32,000 bases of DNA from Candidatus Methylomirabilis oxygeniifera (GCA_000091165.1 FP565575.1:660001-692000), one strand, 5' to 3'. Counted from the stretch's first letter, positions 19,280-28,679 are shown. Made by a program: numbers and translations. Notes: a model not told the origin generated them from the letters alone.

Positions 19280-21289
19280 TCAACGGCTGAAGAGTTGTTG
19301 CAGCATCTTCCCGATCTCCTTCTTCCCATCCTTTCCCAGGAGTTTGCCGACTTCCGTTTTGATGCGTCCCTCGATACTGCCTGCTTGCGGAGTGACCACC
19401 GGGTCGGACGAGGTTCCCTGTAGCTTGGCCTCGAGCGTTGTTTTCGCTATCTTGGCCTTCACGTCGAAATCCATGGTCTGATTGAGCAGATTGAAACTTC
19501 CGGCAGCATAGAGCTTCGCCCCGTCCCGAAGCAGCGTGAGATCTCTGGTTCGTAGGATCCCACCGTCGAGGGTCCAATGGGCGCTGAGGCGGTCGAACTC
19601 GTTCAGGGTCGGAGCATTGATGCCTAACCCCTTCAGAACAGGATCCGCAGTTTTGGAGAGCTGTTCCAGCGGCGCATAGCCGGTCACGCGTCCGTTCGTG
19701 ACGGCGATGTCGGTTTGACCCGTGACCTTGGCGAGCGCCCCAGGTCCCAGTTGTCCGGACAGCTCCATCTTCGAGTCCAGCGCCATCGTTCCGCGCAAGG
19801 TCCACCGTGGCTCCTGGATCGCTCCCAGCAATGGTTCGGTCTGAACCCCTTCCAGATGCGTCGTGACCGTTGTGCGAGATGTCGGCCCGCGCCAGTCGAG
19901 GGCAGCATCGCCGGAAACGGTTCCGCCATAGAGACCGCCTTGGAGCCGACGAATCGTGAGGAGTCGGCAACAGTAGTGAACATCGCTTTCCGCAGTCGTC
20001 AGGATCACCTTCCCCCAACGAAGGACGCCGGAACGCAGGTGTCCCTCAACCTGGAGCCTACCGACTTCTGGGGAGTGTTGGGCGCGACCCCCCCCCATCC
20101 CCCCTTTATCAAAGGGGGGTACAGGGGGATTTGAAATACGAGGTGAGGCGTGAGGGGTAGCGGAGGGGTTCGCCTCGATGCCTGCTGCGGCCACGAATGC
20201 CACAATCGGTTCGAGAGACAGTTCCGGCGTATTCAGCCAAAACTGGAGGCGAGGCGACTGCTGGGTTGCAAGGTGGAGACGTCCCGCAATTGTTTGGCCC
20301 TTCCAGAGCAGATTTATATCAGAAAGGTCGAGCTGACCGCCCTCCCATCGTCCCTTTGCGTGCAGCCGTGCTTTGTCGCCTGGCGCCTTACCCATTTCCT
20401 TTGCAAGCGTTACGCCGAGGCGTTGCAGGTCGACGTCGGTGTCAAGGTCAAGGCGCGGCCATTCGCCGACGGCCTTCCCCTCGACATCGAGGGTGCCGGC
20501 AAACGCCGCGGCCGCGCCGCCCGATAGCCCTATAGCCGATGCCAGTTGCGCCGCATCGAGGCCTCGTACGCGAAGTTCTACCTCAATCGGTATACGATTC
20601 CCTTCAGCGCGTTGTACGCTCCCGGTAAGTTCAAACGAGCCGGATGTCTCGCCGGGCAACTGTCCGTCGGCCTGGAAGCGGAGAGGATGAGGGGAACGCG
20701 TGGCCGGGATGTCCATGTTGATATCCTGAAACTCCAGGGTAACCGGTCCATACGGATGGAGGGGATTGTCGACGACGAGGGCCCCATGGCGGATGGCCAA
20801 GGTTCCTGCCAACAAGACCGGCAGGGCAGGTTGTCCTCTGGCCGCTCTCGTCCCTTCGGTGTGGTGCGGTTCGACCGTCGCGCCTCGCGCAGCCGGCCGA
20901 ATCAAGTCATCGAGATTCCACCCGTCCGGTCCCTTGGCCAGCCTGATGCGTGGCCTATCGATGCGGATATTCCCAATCTGAATATCGCCCTTGAGGAGCG
21001 GAAGCAGCTTGAGCGACACATGCAGTTGCTCCGCGTCTACGAACGGTTCAGACCACGGGGCGCGATCGGCAATCACCACGTTCCGGATGGTCACCTCCGG
21101 CGACGGCAGGAGATGTACTCGCAGGCCGGTCGCGGTGACGTTGCGGTTCAAGAGCTGGCTGACTCGGCCGATGAGGATGCCTCGATACCGCTCCTGGTCC
21201 AGCAGAAGCGGACCGGCGAGGAGGAGTGCGACGATCCCACCTAAGACCAGGAGTAACCCGAGGAGCCGACGCTGCCCGCGTCTCGTCAC
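19280..21289 (-). CDS. AsmA-family protein
   Basis: 669 aa: N-terminal TM (LLGLLLVLGGIVALLLAGPLLL), NVTATGLRVHLLPSPEVTIRNVVIAD, C-terminal AsmA region ITNGRVTGYAPLEQLS...TRDLTLLRDGAKLYAAGSFNLLNQTMDFDVKAKI. Confidence 0.85.
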   Translation of the reverse strand: MTRRGQRRLLGLLLVLGGIVALLLAGPLLLDQERYRGILIGRVSQLLNRNVTATGLRVHLLPSPEVTIRNVVIADRAPWSEPFVDAEQLHVSLKLLPLLKGDIQIGNIRIDRPRIRLAKGPDGWNLDDLIRPAARGATVEPHHTEGTRAARGQPALPVLLAGTLAIRHGALVVDNPLHPYGPVTLEFQDINMDIPATRSPHPLRFQADGQLPGETSGSFELTGSVQRAEGNRIPIEVELRVRGLDAAQLASAIGLSGGAAAAFAGTLDVEGKAVGEWPRLDLDTDVDLQRLGVTLAKEMGKAPGDKARLHAKGRWEGGQLDLSDINLLWKGQTIAGRLHLATQQSPRLQFWLNTPELSLEPIVAFVAAAGIEANPSATPHASPRISNPPVPPFDKGGMGGGRAQHSPEVGRLQVEGHLRSGVLRWGKVILTTAESDVHYCCRLLTIRRLQGGLYGGTVSGDAALDWRGPTSRTTVTTHLEGVQTEPLLGAIQEPRWTLRGTMALDSKMELSGQLGPGALAKVTGQTDIAVTNGRVTGYAPLEQLSKTADPVLKGLGINAPTLNEFDRLSAHWTLDGGILRTRDLTLLRDGAKLYAAGSFNLLNQTMDFDVKAKIAKTTLEAKLQGTSSDPVVTPQAGSIEGRIKTEVGKLLGKDGKKEIGKMLQQLFSR
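20080..20137. repeat. Palindromic 'CCCCCCTTT-ATC-AAAGGGGGG' element inside the AsmA-like ORF
   Basis: Perfect 9-bp arms (20099-20107 / 20111-20119), C-rich left and G-rich right flanks; encodes NPPVPPFDKGGMGGG in frame with the AsmA-like gene. Outer bounds approximate. Confidence 0.8.
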
Positions 21290-22779
21290 CCGTCCCCTCC
21301 GGTTTCTTCACTATTGAGTCGCGCCAGCAGTAACTCGCGCGCCACCGGTGGGTTGGCCTTGCCGCGACTTGACTTCATCACCATGCCGATCAGGAAGGTC
21401 AGGCTTTGCACCTTTCCTTTCCGGTAGTCGGCGACCGGCCCGGGGTGTGCGGCAAGCACCTCCTCAACGATCCGGCGCAGCTCATCCTGATCGGAGATCT
21501 GAGTCAGTCCTTGCTCTTTGACGATCAGCTCAGCCGATTTCCCGGTCTGATACATCTGTTCGAAAACCGTCTTGGCGATCTTGCCGCTGATGGTTCCGCC
21601 ATGCAGCAGCGCGAGCAGGGCAGTCAGTTCCGTCGGCGAGATCGGGCTGTCGGCAATGTCCCGACCGTCTTTATTCAAATGGCCCAAAAGCTCCACCATC
21701 ACCCAGTTGCTGGCGACCTTCGAATCGCGCGAGGTCCGTGCGACCTTCTCGTAATAGTCGGCCAGTGACTTCGATGCCGTCAGTACGGCGGCATCGTAGT
21801 CCGGGATCCCGTACTCTTCGACAAACCGGGCGCGACGTTGCTGTGGCAGTTCCGGTAGTGTGGTGCGGATCTCATCGATCCACTGACGCGAGGCGGCCAA
21901 CGGGACCAGGTCAGGCTCGAGGAAGTAACGATAGTCATGCGCGTGCTCCTTGCTTCGCATCGACAACGTCACCTCCTGGTCGGCGTCCCATAACCGTGTC
22001 TCCTGGACGATCCTTCCGCCTTCTTGAAGGACCTGTGTCTGTCGCTGAATCTCATAGGCCAGAGCCCTCTGGACGCTCTTGAAGGAGTTCATGTTCTTGA
22101 CCTCAGCCTTGACCCCCAGCTCTTCGCTGCCGGCGTGCCGCAGGGAGACGTTGGCGTCACAACGCAGGCTGCCTTCCTCCATGTTGCCGTCGCATACGTT
22201 CAGGTATACGAGGATGGCCCGAAGCTGCCGGAGGTACTCGGCGGCCTCCTCCGGGCTGCGGATATCGGGCTCGCTGACGATCTCCATCAACGGCACGCCG
22301 CTGCGGTTAAAGTCCACCAGACTATAGTCGGCCGCCTGGAGCGTTCCGGCGTGCAGCAGTTTGCCGACGTCCTCTTCGAGATGGAGGCGATGGATGCGGA
22401 CGCGCCTGGCCGTTCCGTCGACAGGGAATTCCATGGACCCTCGCCATGCGAGTGGAAGCTCATACTGCGAGATTTGATAGTTCTTCGGCATGTCGGGGTA
22501 GAAGTAATTCTTCCGGTGGAAGCGGCAGACGGGAGTGACGTCGCACCCTAAGGCGAGCGCGGTCTTGATGGCGAACTCCACCACTCGTCTGTTCAGGACC
22601 GGCAATGCGCCAGGCATTCCCAGGCAGACGGGACAGGTCTGACTATTCGGCGGCGCGCCGAAGGCGGCGCTGCAGCCACAGAAGATTTTGGATCTGGTCA
22701 GGAGCTGGGCATGTACCTCCAGCCCGATGACCGCCTCGTATTCAGTATTCAGTGTTGAGTGCTGAGTGTTGAGCTCCAT
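21286..22779 (-). CDS. gatB: Asp-tRNA(Asn)/Glu-tRNA(Gln) amidotransferase subunit B
   Basis: 497 aa: YEAVIGLEVHAQLLTRSKIFCGC...PVCLGMPGALPVLN...YFYPDMPKNYQISQYELPL...VDFNRSGVPLMEIVSEPD. Overlaps the AsmA-like start by 4 bp (ATGA). Confidence 0.97.
   Translation of the reverse strand: MELNTQHSTLNTEYEAVIGLEVHAQLLTRSKIFCGCSAAFGAPPNSQTCPVCLGMPGALPVLNRRVVEFAIKTALALGCDVTPVCRFHRKNYFYPDMPKNYQISQYELPLAWRGSMEFPVDGTARRVRIHRLHLEEDVGKLLHAGTLQAADYSLVDFNRSGVPLMEIVSEPDIRSPEEAAEYLRQLRAILVYLNVCDGNMEEGSLRCDANVSLRHAGSEELGVKAEVKNMNSFKSVQRALAYEIQRQTQVLQEGGRIVQETRLWDADQEVTLSMRSKEHAHDYRYFLEPDLVPLAASRQWIDEIRTTLPELPQQRRARFVEEYGIPDYDAAVLTASKSLADYYEKVARTSRDSKVASNWVMVELLGHLNKDGRDIADSPISPTELTALLALLHGGTISGKIAKTVFEQMYQTGKSAELIVKEQGLTQISDQDELRRIVEEVLAAHPGPVADYRKGKVQSLTFLIGMVMKSSRGKANPPVARELLLARLNSEETGGDG
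22741..22774. repeat. Short near-tandem repeat (TTCAGTATTCAGTGTTGAGTGCTGAGTGTTGAG)
   Basis: Repeated CAGTATTCAGTGTTGAG / TGCTGAGTGTTGAG units at the 5' end of gatB, encoding ELNTQHSTLNTE. Confidence 0.65.
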
Positions 22780-22793
22780 GTTTCGATTCCTTG

Positions 22794-23237
22794 CTATGTC
22801 AGAGGCCGGATTGACTCGAGAAAGTCAACGTACTCATCGGATAATCCATGTTCCTCGGCGCCGCTGGTCAACAACTGCTTATACCGTTTTGAGGGAGGCG
22901 TCTCACGGCCCGGATTCGCCATGATGTATGCAAACACCGTGATCGCCTTGCCTGCGCGACCCCGCACCTGAAGCTCTTTGTGAAGATAGAGAGTGGGGTA
23001 TCCTTCGTATTCGTCCAACACCTTTCGCTCCGCCTCGCTGATCTCCCACACCACGCCTTCGACCGCTTTGCCGGGCCGCTCGCGAATATCCGCGATGCCG
23101 CCGCCCCACATCGGGGAGTTCCCGAAGAAGGCGAGCTCATAGTCCGCGAGGACGGCCGCTGAGACAAACTTTGCTTTTGGGCAGAGCCGCTTGAGCTGAA
23201 AGCGCTCCATGTTCGAACCATAGGCGAAGTAGAACAT
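22794..23237 (-). CDS. Gamma-glutamylcyclotransferase/AIG2-like protein
   Basis: 147 aa: MFYFAYGSNMERFQLKRLCPKAKFVSAAVLADYELAFFG...VEGVVWEISEAERKVLDEYEGYP, the GGCT-fold YGSN and E-x2-Y signatures. Confidence 0.88.
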   Translation of the reverse strand: MFYFAYGSNMERFQLKRLCPKAKFVSAAVLADYELAFFGNSPMWGGGIADIRERPGKAVEGVVWEISEAERKVLDEYEGYPTLYLHKELQVRGRAGKAITVFAYIMANPGRETPPSKRYKQLLTSGAEEHGLSDEYVDFLESIRPLT

Positions 23238-23241
23238 CCGA

Positions 23242-23655
23242 CTAGCGTCCTCCGGAACGAGTCCGACTTATCGCGCGCCAGACGGCGTGAGGCTCGAACG
23301 TAAACGATGTTGCTGTACGGTGCTGCTCGGCGATCTCGACCTCGAAAGGCGCTTCCTGGCCCGCATCAAGGGGTAGAAGCTTAACCGTTTGCCGGCCCAG
23401 TTCCCGCCGGGAGGCGGACTTCCGCTTGTGCGGTGTGGCCTGGTTGGCCGCCTCGCCGAAGAACCGGACAACAATGACGATCTCTTCAGCCCGATCGGCG
23501 CTCATGTTTTTGACTGTGCCCTTGAGGGTGTCGATCCAGCGTTCCGAGTTGAGGATCACCAGCTCTTTGGCTTCGGCTGATGCCGCGTACGGCAGCAGGC
23601 TGGCTGCCAGAACGAGCGCCATCACGAAGAGTCGGTCTACCGCCGTTCGCGCCAT
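23242..23655 (-). CDS. Small secreted hypothetical protein
   Basis: Start at 23655: MARTAVDRLFVMALVLAASLLPYAASAEAKELVILNSERWIDTLKG...; the track start at 23700 overlaps gatA. Confidence 0.6.
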   Translation of the reverse strand: MARTAVDRLFVMALVLAASLLPYAASAEAKELVILNSERWIDTLKGTVKNMSADRAEEIVIVVRFFGEAANQATPHKRKSASRRELGRQTVKLLPLDAGQEAPFEVEIAEQHRTATSFTFEPHAVWRAISRTRSGGR

Positions 23656-23656
23656 G

Positions 23657-25117
23657 TCATACTGGAGGCCGGCGGCGGTGCCAGCCGGTCGCCTGCTCAT
23701 AGGCGTGTGCCACCTTCAGGATCGTCGCCTCGTCGAACGGCTTGCCGATCAGTTGCAGCCCGATCGGCAGTCCCGCTTTCGTGAACCCACACGGAATCGA
23801 GATACCGGGCAGGCCTGCCAGGTTGACCGAGATCGTGAAGATATCCGAGAGGTACATCTGGAGCGGATCGTCCATCTTCTCGCCGAACCTGAACGGCGGC
23901 GTCGGCGAGGTGGGCGTCACGATCACCTCACACGTCTCGAAGGCCCGTTCGAAATCACGGCGGATCAGCGTCCGGACTTTCTGGGCCTTGAGGTAGTAGG
24001 CATCGTAATACCCGGCCGACAGCGCATAGGTCCCGAGCATAATCCGACGCTTGACCTCAGGCCCGAACCCCTCTCGCCGACTCAGTTGGTACATCTCCAG
24101 CAGGTCGGCCGGCTTTGAGGTTCGATAGCCGTATCTGACCCCGTCGTAACGGGCCAGGTTGCTGCTGGCCTCGGCGGTCGCCACCAGGTAGTAGGTCGCG
24201 ATAGCATACGGGGTGTGGGGAAGCGAGACCTTTTCCTGTCTTCCGCCCAGTTCCTCCAGCGTTCGAATTGCCGTCCAGACAGCCGCTTCGACCTCCGGGT
24301 CCATCCCCTCGACAAAATAGTCGTCGGGAATCCCGATGCGCACCCCCCGAACGTCTCCGGTCAGGGCGGCGCCATAATCGGGAACCGGCAGGTCCGCTGA
24401 GGTCGAATCGTGGGGGTCGTGGCCGGCGATGGCGTGCAGCATCATGGCGCAATCGCGAATATCCTTCGTAAACGGCCCGATCTGATCGAGAGATGAGGCG
24501 AAGGCCACCAGGCCGTACCTGGAGACCCGGCCGTAGGTCGGCTTCAATCCGGCAATGCCGCAGAAACTGGCCGGCTGCCGGATCGATCCCCCCGTGTCGG
24601 TTCCGAGCGAGGCGGCACAGAGGTCCGCCGCCACGGCGGCGGCAGAGCCGCCGGAGGAGCCGCCGGGGACATAGTCGAGCGCCCAGGGATTGCGCGTTCG
24701 GAAGAAGGCAGAGTTCTCCGTCGAGGAGCCCATGGCGAACTCGTCCATGTTGGTTTTGCCGAGCAGGATCGCCTCTTGCGCTTTGAGGCGCCGGATCACC
24801 GTGGCATCGTAGGGCGGCACGTACGGTTCCAGGATCTTCGACGCGCAGGTGGTCCGTACGCCCTCTGTGCAGATGACATCCTTAATCGCCAGCGGGATCC
24901 CGGCCAACGGTGGGAGCGGTGTACCGGCGGCGCGCAACCGATCGACGGTCTCAGCCTGCTTGAGAGCCGCCTCCTCAGTCACGGCGGTGTACGCCTTGAT
25001 CTGTCCGTCGAGACGCCCGATCCGATCGAGTACCGAGCGGACAAGTTCGACAGCGCTGATCTCGCGCCTTGCGAGCAACTCCTGCATGTCGTGGATGGTA
25101 AATTGGGTGAGGTCCAC
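23657..25117 (-). CDS. gatA: Asp-tRNA(Asn)/Glu-tRNA(Gln) amidotransferase subunit A
   Basis: Likely GTG start at 25117 after a GGAGGAG RBS: [33 protein letters not shown]...[14 protein letters not shown]...GSSTENSAF...[17 protein letters not shown], the amidase signature. Confidence 0.97.
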   Translation of the reverse strand: MDLTQFTIHDMQELLARREISAVELVRSVLDRIGRLDGQIKAYTAVTEEAALKQAETVDRLRAAGTPLPPLAGIPLAIKDVICTEGVRTTCASKILEPYVPPYDATVIRRLKAQEAILLGKTNMDEFAMGSSTENSAFFRTRNPWALDYVPGGSSGGSAAAVAADLCAASLGTDTGGSIRQPASFCGIAGLKPTYGRVSRYGLVAFASSLDQIGPFTKDIRDCAMMLHAIAGHDPHDSTSADLPVPDYGAALTGDVRGVRIGIPDDYFVEGMDPEVEAAVWTAIRTLEELGGRQEKVSLPHTPYAIATYYLVATAEASSNLARYDGVRYGYRTSKPADLLEMYQLSRREGFGPEVKRRIMLGTYALSAGYYDAYYLKAQKVRTLIRRDFERAFETCEVIVTPTSPTPPFRFGEKMDDPLQMYLSDIFTISVNLAGLPGISIPCGFTKAGLPIGLQLIGKPFDEATILKVAHAYEQATGWHRRRPPV

Positions 25118-25121
25118 CGTA

Positions 25122-25412
25122 TTACTCCTCCAGGATTCTCGGGACCCGGAAGAAGAGGTCGTGGCGATCCGGCGCATTGGCCAGGACCGCCTCCTGGGCA
25201 AGCGAAGGCGTGACCTCATCCTCGCGGAAGACGTTCGTCATCGGCAGGACATGGGAGGTCGGCTCGACGGCCGACGTGTCCAGCTCATTCAGCTTGTCGA
25301 TATAGCTCAGGATCGAGTCGAGCTGGGCCCGCATCCGCTCCTTCTCATCCGCGGTCAGCTCCAGCCGGGCCAGCCGGGCCACATGTTCGACCTCTTCCAC
25401 CGTAATCTTCAT
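25122..25412 (-). CDS. gatC: Asp-tRNA(Asn)/Glu-tRNA(Gln) amidotransferase subunit C
   Basis: Start ATG at 25412: [67 protein letters not shown]. Confidence 0.95.
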   Translation of the reverse strand: MKITVEEVEHVARLARLELTADEKERMRAQLDSILSYIDKLNELDTSAVEPTSHVLPMTNVFREDEVTPSLAQEAVLANAPDRHDLFFRVPRILEE

Positions 25413-25431
25413 GACGTGCGACTCCTCCCCC

Positions 25432-27630
25432 CTAGGCCTGCTCCAACTGGGCATACTTGACCATGAGCTTCTTTTCACCGGCGCCGTTGAACCGTACGAC
25501 CACCTTCAGATCGTCTCCGCTGCCGCTCCGTTCCCGAATGACCCCGACGCCGAAGTCGGGATGCCGGATGCGAGCGCCTGGATAGAGGCGATCGACGAAC
25601 GGCTCATCATTGTGGCGTTCAGGAAAGGTAGAGGGTGATGGGCTCATGGATCGGGATTCCCACGGATCGCGGACCTGCAGGACTTCGGCCGGAATTTCAT
25701 CCAGGAACCGTGACGGCAGATTGAAACTCCGATTGCCGTACAGGCGACGCTGCCTCGCCGACGCAAGATAGAGCCGTTGCCTGGCCCTGGTCATGCCGAC
25801 ATAACAGAGCCTGCGCTCCTCCTCCAACTCCCGCTCGTCGGGCATGGCAAGGGCGTGAGGGAAGATCCCTTCCTCCAGTCCGACCATGAAGACGGTGTCA
25901 AACTCCAGGCCCTTGGCTGTGTGCAGCGTCATGAGCGTCACCGCGCCCCGGCCTTCGGCGTATCCGTCGAGGTCACTGATCAGCGCGACGGAGTCAAGGA
26001 ACGCCGGCAACCCCCCGTCGGCATTGCGTTCCGCAAATTCCTGGGCAGCAGTCACAAGTTCCTTCAGGTTTTCCAGGCGGCTCTCGGCCTCCGGCGTTCG
26101 CTCGTGTTCCAACTCCTCAGCATACCCGGACTGGGTGATCAACTCTGCGATCAGATCAGAAATCGGGGTGAGGACCGATTGTGCTCGTGCCTCCTCCATG
26201 AGGCGCAGCAATCCCTCCATGGCCGCCTGTTGCTTGGTATTGAACAGCTTCTTGTGCGCAGCGCGTTGGCACGCCTCCCAGATTGTTACCTTCTCTTGCA
26301 TGGCCAACAGTTCGAGCTTAGCGATCGTGGCCGGTCCGATCCCGCGCGCCGGCGCATTCACAAGGCGCTTGAAGCTGACGCTGTCGGCGGGATTGACCAC
26401 CCAGCGCAAATAGGCCAGGAGATCCTTGATCTCCTTCCGCTCATAGAAGCGGAGTCCGCCCACAATGGCATACGGGATCAAGGCATTCCGCAGCGCCTCC
26501 TCCAGGACCCTGGACTGCGCATTCGTCCGATAGAAGATTGCATAGGCGTCATACCCCGTCCCCTCATCGGCTACCCGACCTTGGATCGTCCGGGCGACAA
26601 AGAGCGCCTCATCGTTTTCGTCGAGCGCTCGGTAGAGTACGATCGGATCTCCGGCCTCGTTCTCGGTCCATAACGTTTTCCCCTTCCGACCGTAGTTGTG
26701 AGCCACCACCCCGCCGGCGCCCTGGAGGATCTGCTGAGTCGATCGATAGTTCTGTTCCAGTCGGATTACCGCGCAGCTGGCATGGTCCCGTTCGAAGTCC
26801 AGGATATTGTTCAGGTCGGCGCCGCGCCATCGATAGATCGACTGGTCGTCGTCGCCCACCACGCAGAGATTTCCGTATTGGCTCGCCAGCAGATGGATCA
26901 GGCGGTACTGGGCGTGGTTCGTATCCTGGTATTCGTCCACCAGGATATAGCGCCAAAGATCCTGGTACGCTGCCAGCGCCTCGGGATGTTGCTCGAAGAG
27001 ACGCACCGTCAACATGAGTAGATCGTCAAAGTCGAGCGCCTGAAGGCCATCCAGCCGCTCCTGATACATGAGGTACAGCTTGGAGGTCCGTTCCTCCATC
27101 CGGTCATTGGCCTGCAGCGCATACTCCTCGGCGGAGAGCAGCTCGTTCTTCGCGCGGCTGATGCGGGAAAGGATTGCGCGAGGGTTCAGGGAGCGTTCGG
27201 ACAGACCCTGCGCTCGCAAGCAGTCCCGCATGAGGCTCATCTGATCGCCCTCATCGTAAATGACGAAGGAACTCTTGATGCCCAGCGCCGCGCCATGCTT
27301 CCGTAGAATTCGAACACAGGTAGAATGAAACGTCCCGACCCAGACGCCGCTGCCGTCCCTGAGACCGGGCTCAGAGGCGTGTTGTCCCACCAGATCCGCG
27401 ACTCGCCGTTTCATTTCACCGGCTGCTTTATTGGTAAACGTGACCGCCAGGATGTTCCAGGGTGCGACCCCGCAGTGACCGATCAGATAGGCGATCCGTC
27501 TGGTGATCACCCGGGTCTTTCCCGACCCGGCGCCCGCCAGCACCAGAAGCGGCCCTTGAGTGTGCAGGACCGCCTCCGCCTGTCGCGGGTTCAGATCGGC
27601 AGTTATAGCGTCAGATCTCACGTCGCGCAT
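25432..27630 (-). CDS. pcrA: UvrD/PcrA-type superfamily 1 DNA helicase
   Basis: 732 aa: LNPRQAEAVLHTQGPLLVLAGAGSGKTRVITRRIAYLI...VDEYQDTNHAQY...VVGDDDQSIYRWRGADLNNIL...TLMTLHTAKGLEFDTVFMVGLEEGIFPH. Confidence 0.95.
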   Translation of the reverse strand: MRDVRSDAITADLNPRQAEAVLHTQGPLLVLAGAGSGKTRVITRRIAYLIGHCGVAPWNILAVTFTNKAAGEMKRRVADLVGQHASEPGLRDGSGVWVGTFHSTCVRILRKHGAALGIKSSFVIYDEGDQMSLMRDCLRAQGLSERSLNPRAILSRISRAKNELLSAEEYALQANDRMEERTSKLYLMYQERLDGLQALDFDDLLMLTVRLFEQHPEALAAYQDLWRYILVDEYQDTNHAQYRLIHLLASQYGNLCVVGDDDQSIYRWRGADLNNILDFERDHASCAVIRLEQNYRSTQQILQGAGGVVAHNYGRKGKTLWTENEAGDPIVLYRALDENDEALFVARTIQGRVADEGTGYDAYAIFYRTNAQSRVLEEALRNALIPYAIVGGLRFYERKEIKDLLAYLRWVVNPADSVSFKRLVNAPARGIGPATIAKLELLAMQEKVTIWEACQRAAHKKLFNTKQQAAMEGLLRLMEEARAQSVLTPISDLIAELITQSGYAEELEHERTPEAESRLENLKELVTAAQEFAERNADGGLPAFLDSVALISDLDGYAEGRGAVTLMTLHTAKGLEFDTVFMVGLEEGIFPHALAMPDERELEEERRLCYVGMTRARQRLYLASARQRRLYGNRSFNLPSRFLDEIPAEVLQVRDPWESRSMSPSPSTFPERHNDEPFVDRLYPGARIRHPDFGVGVIRERSGSGDDLKVVVRFNGAGEKKLMVKYAQLEQA

Positions 27631-27887
27631 TCCTCCATCTGTTGGCCGATATACCTCAGCAATCTCGCCCTCATCATAGGCGAACCCGCCCCGTGCGACA
27701 AGCGAATTTCTCGCGTGCGGGCTTGTCTGTCATCACGTTCCGAGGAAGAAGAGATCGGTCTGATCCAAGACGTCATGCGCTCGAAGCAGCCGACGGGCGC
27801 CATACCATTTGCCGGCTAATAGGGTGTCATCGAAAATCTTGACAAGCCATTGGAAAGGCCGGAGAATCGCCGCAACCGTGAAAGCCT

Positions 27888-27920
27888 ATTGCGAGCACCG
27901 GAAGGGTGCGCGGCAATCTC
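27888..27920. repeat. REP-like 'ATTGCGAGC...GGCAATCTC' element
   Basis: attgcgagcaccggaagggtgcgcggcaatctc; imperfect palindrome around GGAA, in the gap upstream of pcrA and the TA pair. Confidence 0.5.
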
Positions 27921-27961
27921 TCTTCTTGGGTGGAATCAGGATCTTGACCTCGCCTTGCAGA

Positions 27962-27980
27962 TGATGCTAGTATTGCATCA
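27962..27980. promoter_or_regulatory. Candidate antitoxin operator
   Basis: TGATGC-tagtatt-GCATCA inverted repeat with a further TGATGCA copy at 27984-27990, about 40 nt upstream of the antitoxin ATG (28018) and its AGGAGG RBS. Confidence 0.4.
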
Positions 27981-28017
27981 CAATGATGCATTATCTGCAA
28001 CGTCATAGGAGGCGCGA

Positions 28018-28281
28018 ATGAAGGCCATCACATTGCGAAATCTTCCACCTGAGCTTTCCCGGATCATCCGCCGGAAGGCCGATGAGCAGCATGCGAGCAT
28101 CAACAGGGTTGTCATCAGTTTGTTGGAGAAAAGTGCGGGCGTCAGAACTAAGAAGAGCGAAAAAGTCCTCTACCACGATTTGGATGTGCTGGCCGGATCG
28201 TGGACGCGCGAAGAGGCTGCTGCCTTCGATAAGACCTTGACCAAGCAGCGTGCCCTTGATCCGGATCTGTGGCGGCGATGA
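28018..28281 (+). CDS. Ribbon-helix-helix (FitA/Arc-like) antitoxin
   Basis: 87 aa: MKAITLRNLPPELSRIIRRKADEQHASINRVVISLLEK. Confidence 0.82.
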   Translation: MKAITLRNLPPELSRIIRRKADEQHASINRVVISLLEKSAGVRTKKSEKVLYHDLDVLAGSWTREEAAAFDKTLTKQRALDPDLWRR

Positions 28282-28679
28282 TGCGGGTGATGCTGGACAC
28301 CTCGGCCTACTCGGCGTTCATGCGAGGTCATCCGGAACTCGCGCATGCTCTCCAGCAAGCCGACGAGATCTATCTCAATGCCGTCATTGTAGGCGAACTG
28401 CTCGCGGGGTTTATGCGTGGAAAGTACAGGAAAAAGAATCAATTAGAGCTACAGCAGTTCCTGGCATCACCGCGGGTGAGTATCGTAGATATCAATGAGG
28501 AGACCGCCGAAAGGTACGCGGTGATCCTCGATGCGCTCTGGAAGGCAGGTACTCCCATACCCACGAACGACATCTGGATCGCGGCGAGCGCCATGCAGCA
28601 CGGGTGTCGTCTTCTTAGTGCGGATGCGCATTATCAAAAGGTCGGTCAAATTATCGTGGGACATTTTGAGGCGTCCTGA
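28278..28679 (+). CDS. PIN-domain toxin, VapC-like
   Basis: MMRVMLDTSAYSAFMRGHPELAHALQQADEIYLNAVIVGELLAGF...PTNDIWIAASAMQHGCRLLSADAHYQKV; start overlaps the antitoxin stop (28278 or 28281). Confidence 0.92.
   Translation: MMRVMLDTSAYSAFMRGHPELAHALQQADEIYLNAVIVGELLAGFMRGKYRKKNQLELQQFLASPRVSIVDINEETAERYAVILDALWKAGTPIPTNDIWIAASAMQHGCRLLSADAHYQKVGQIIVGHFEAS

Noticed and set aside
19271-20018. N-terminal extension of the 597-aa ORF 18225..20018
   Set aside because: The GT4 glycosyltransferase begins at MRLGIVTPF (19271); the upstream part is an out-of-frame shadow of the AsmA-like gene.
23742-25638. Possible extra genes on the plus strand over gatA/gatC and pcrA
   Set aside because: Shadow ORFs; the minus strand contains complete amidotransferase and helicase genes.
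27325-27819. 164-aa plus-strand ORF ending ...EEEIGLIQDVMRSKQPTGAIPFAG, considered as a transposase C-terminal relic
   Set aside because: Most of it is antisense to pcrA and the tail similarity is too short to support an assignment without a database search.
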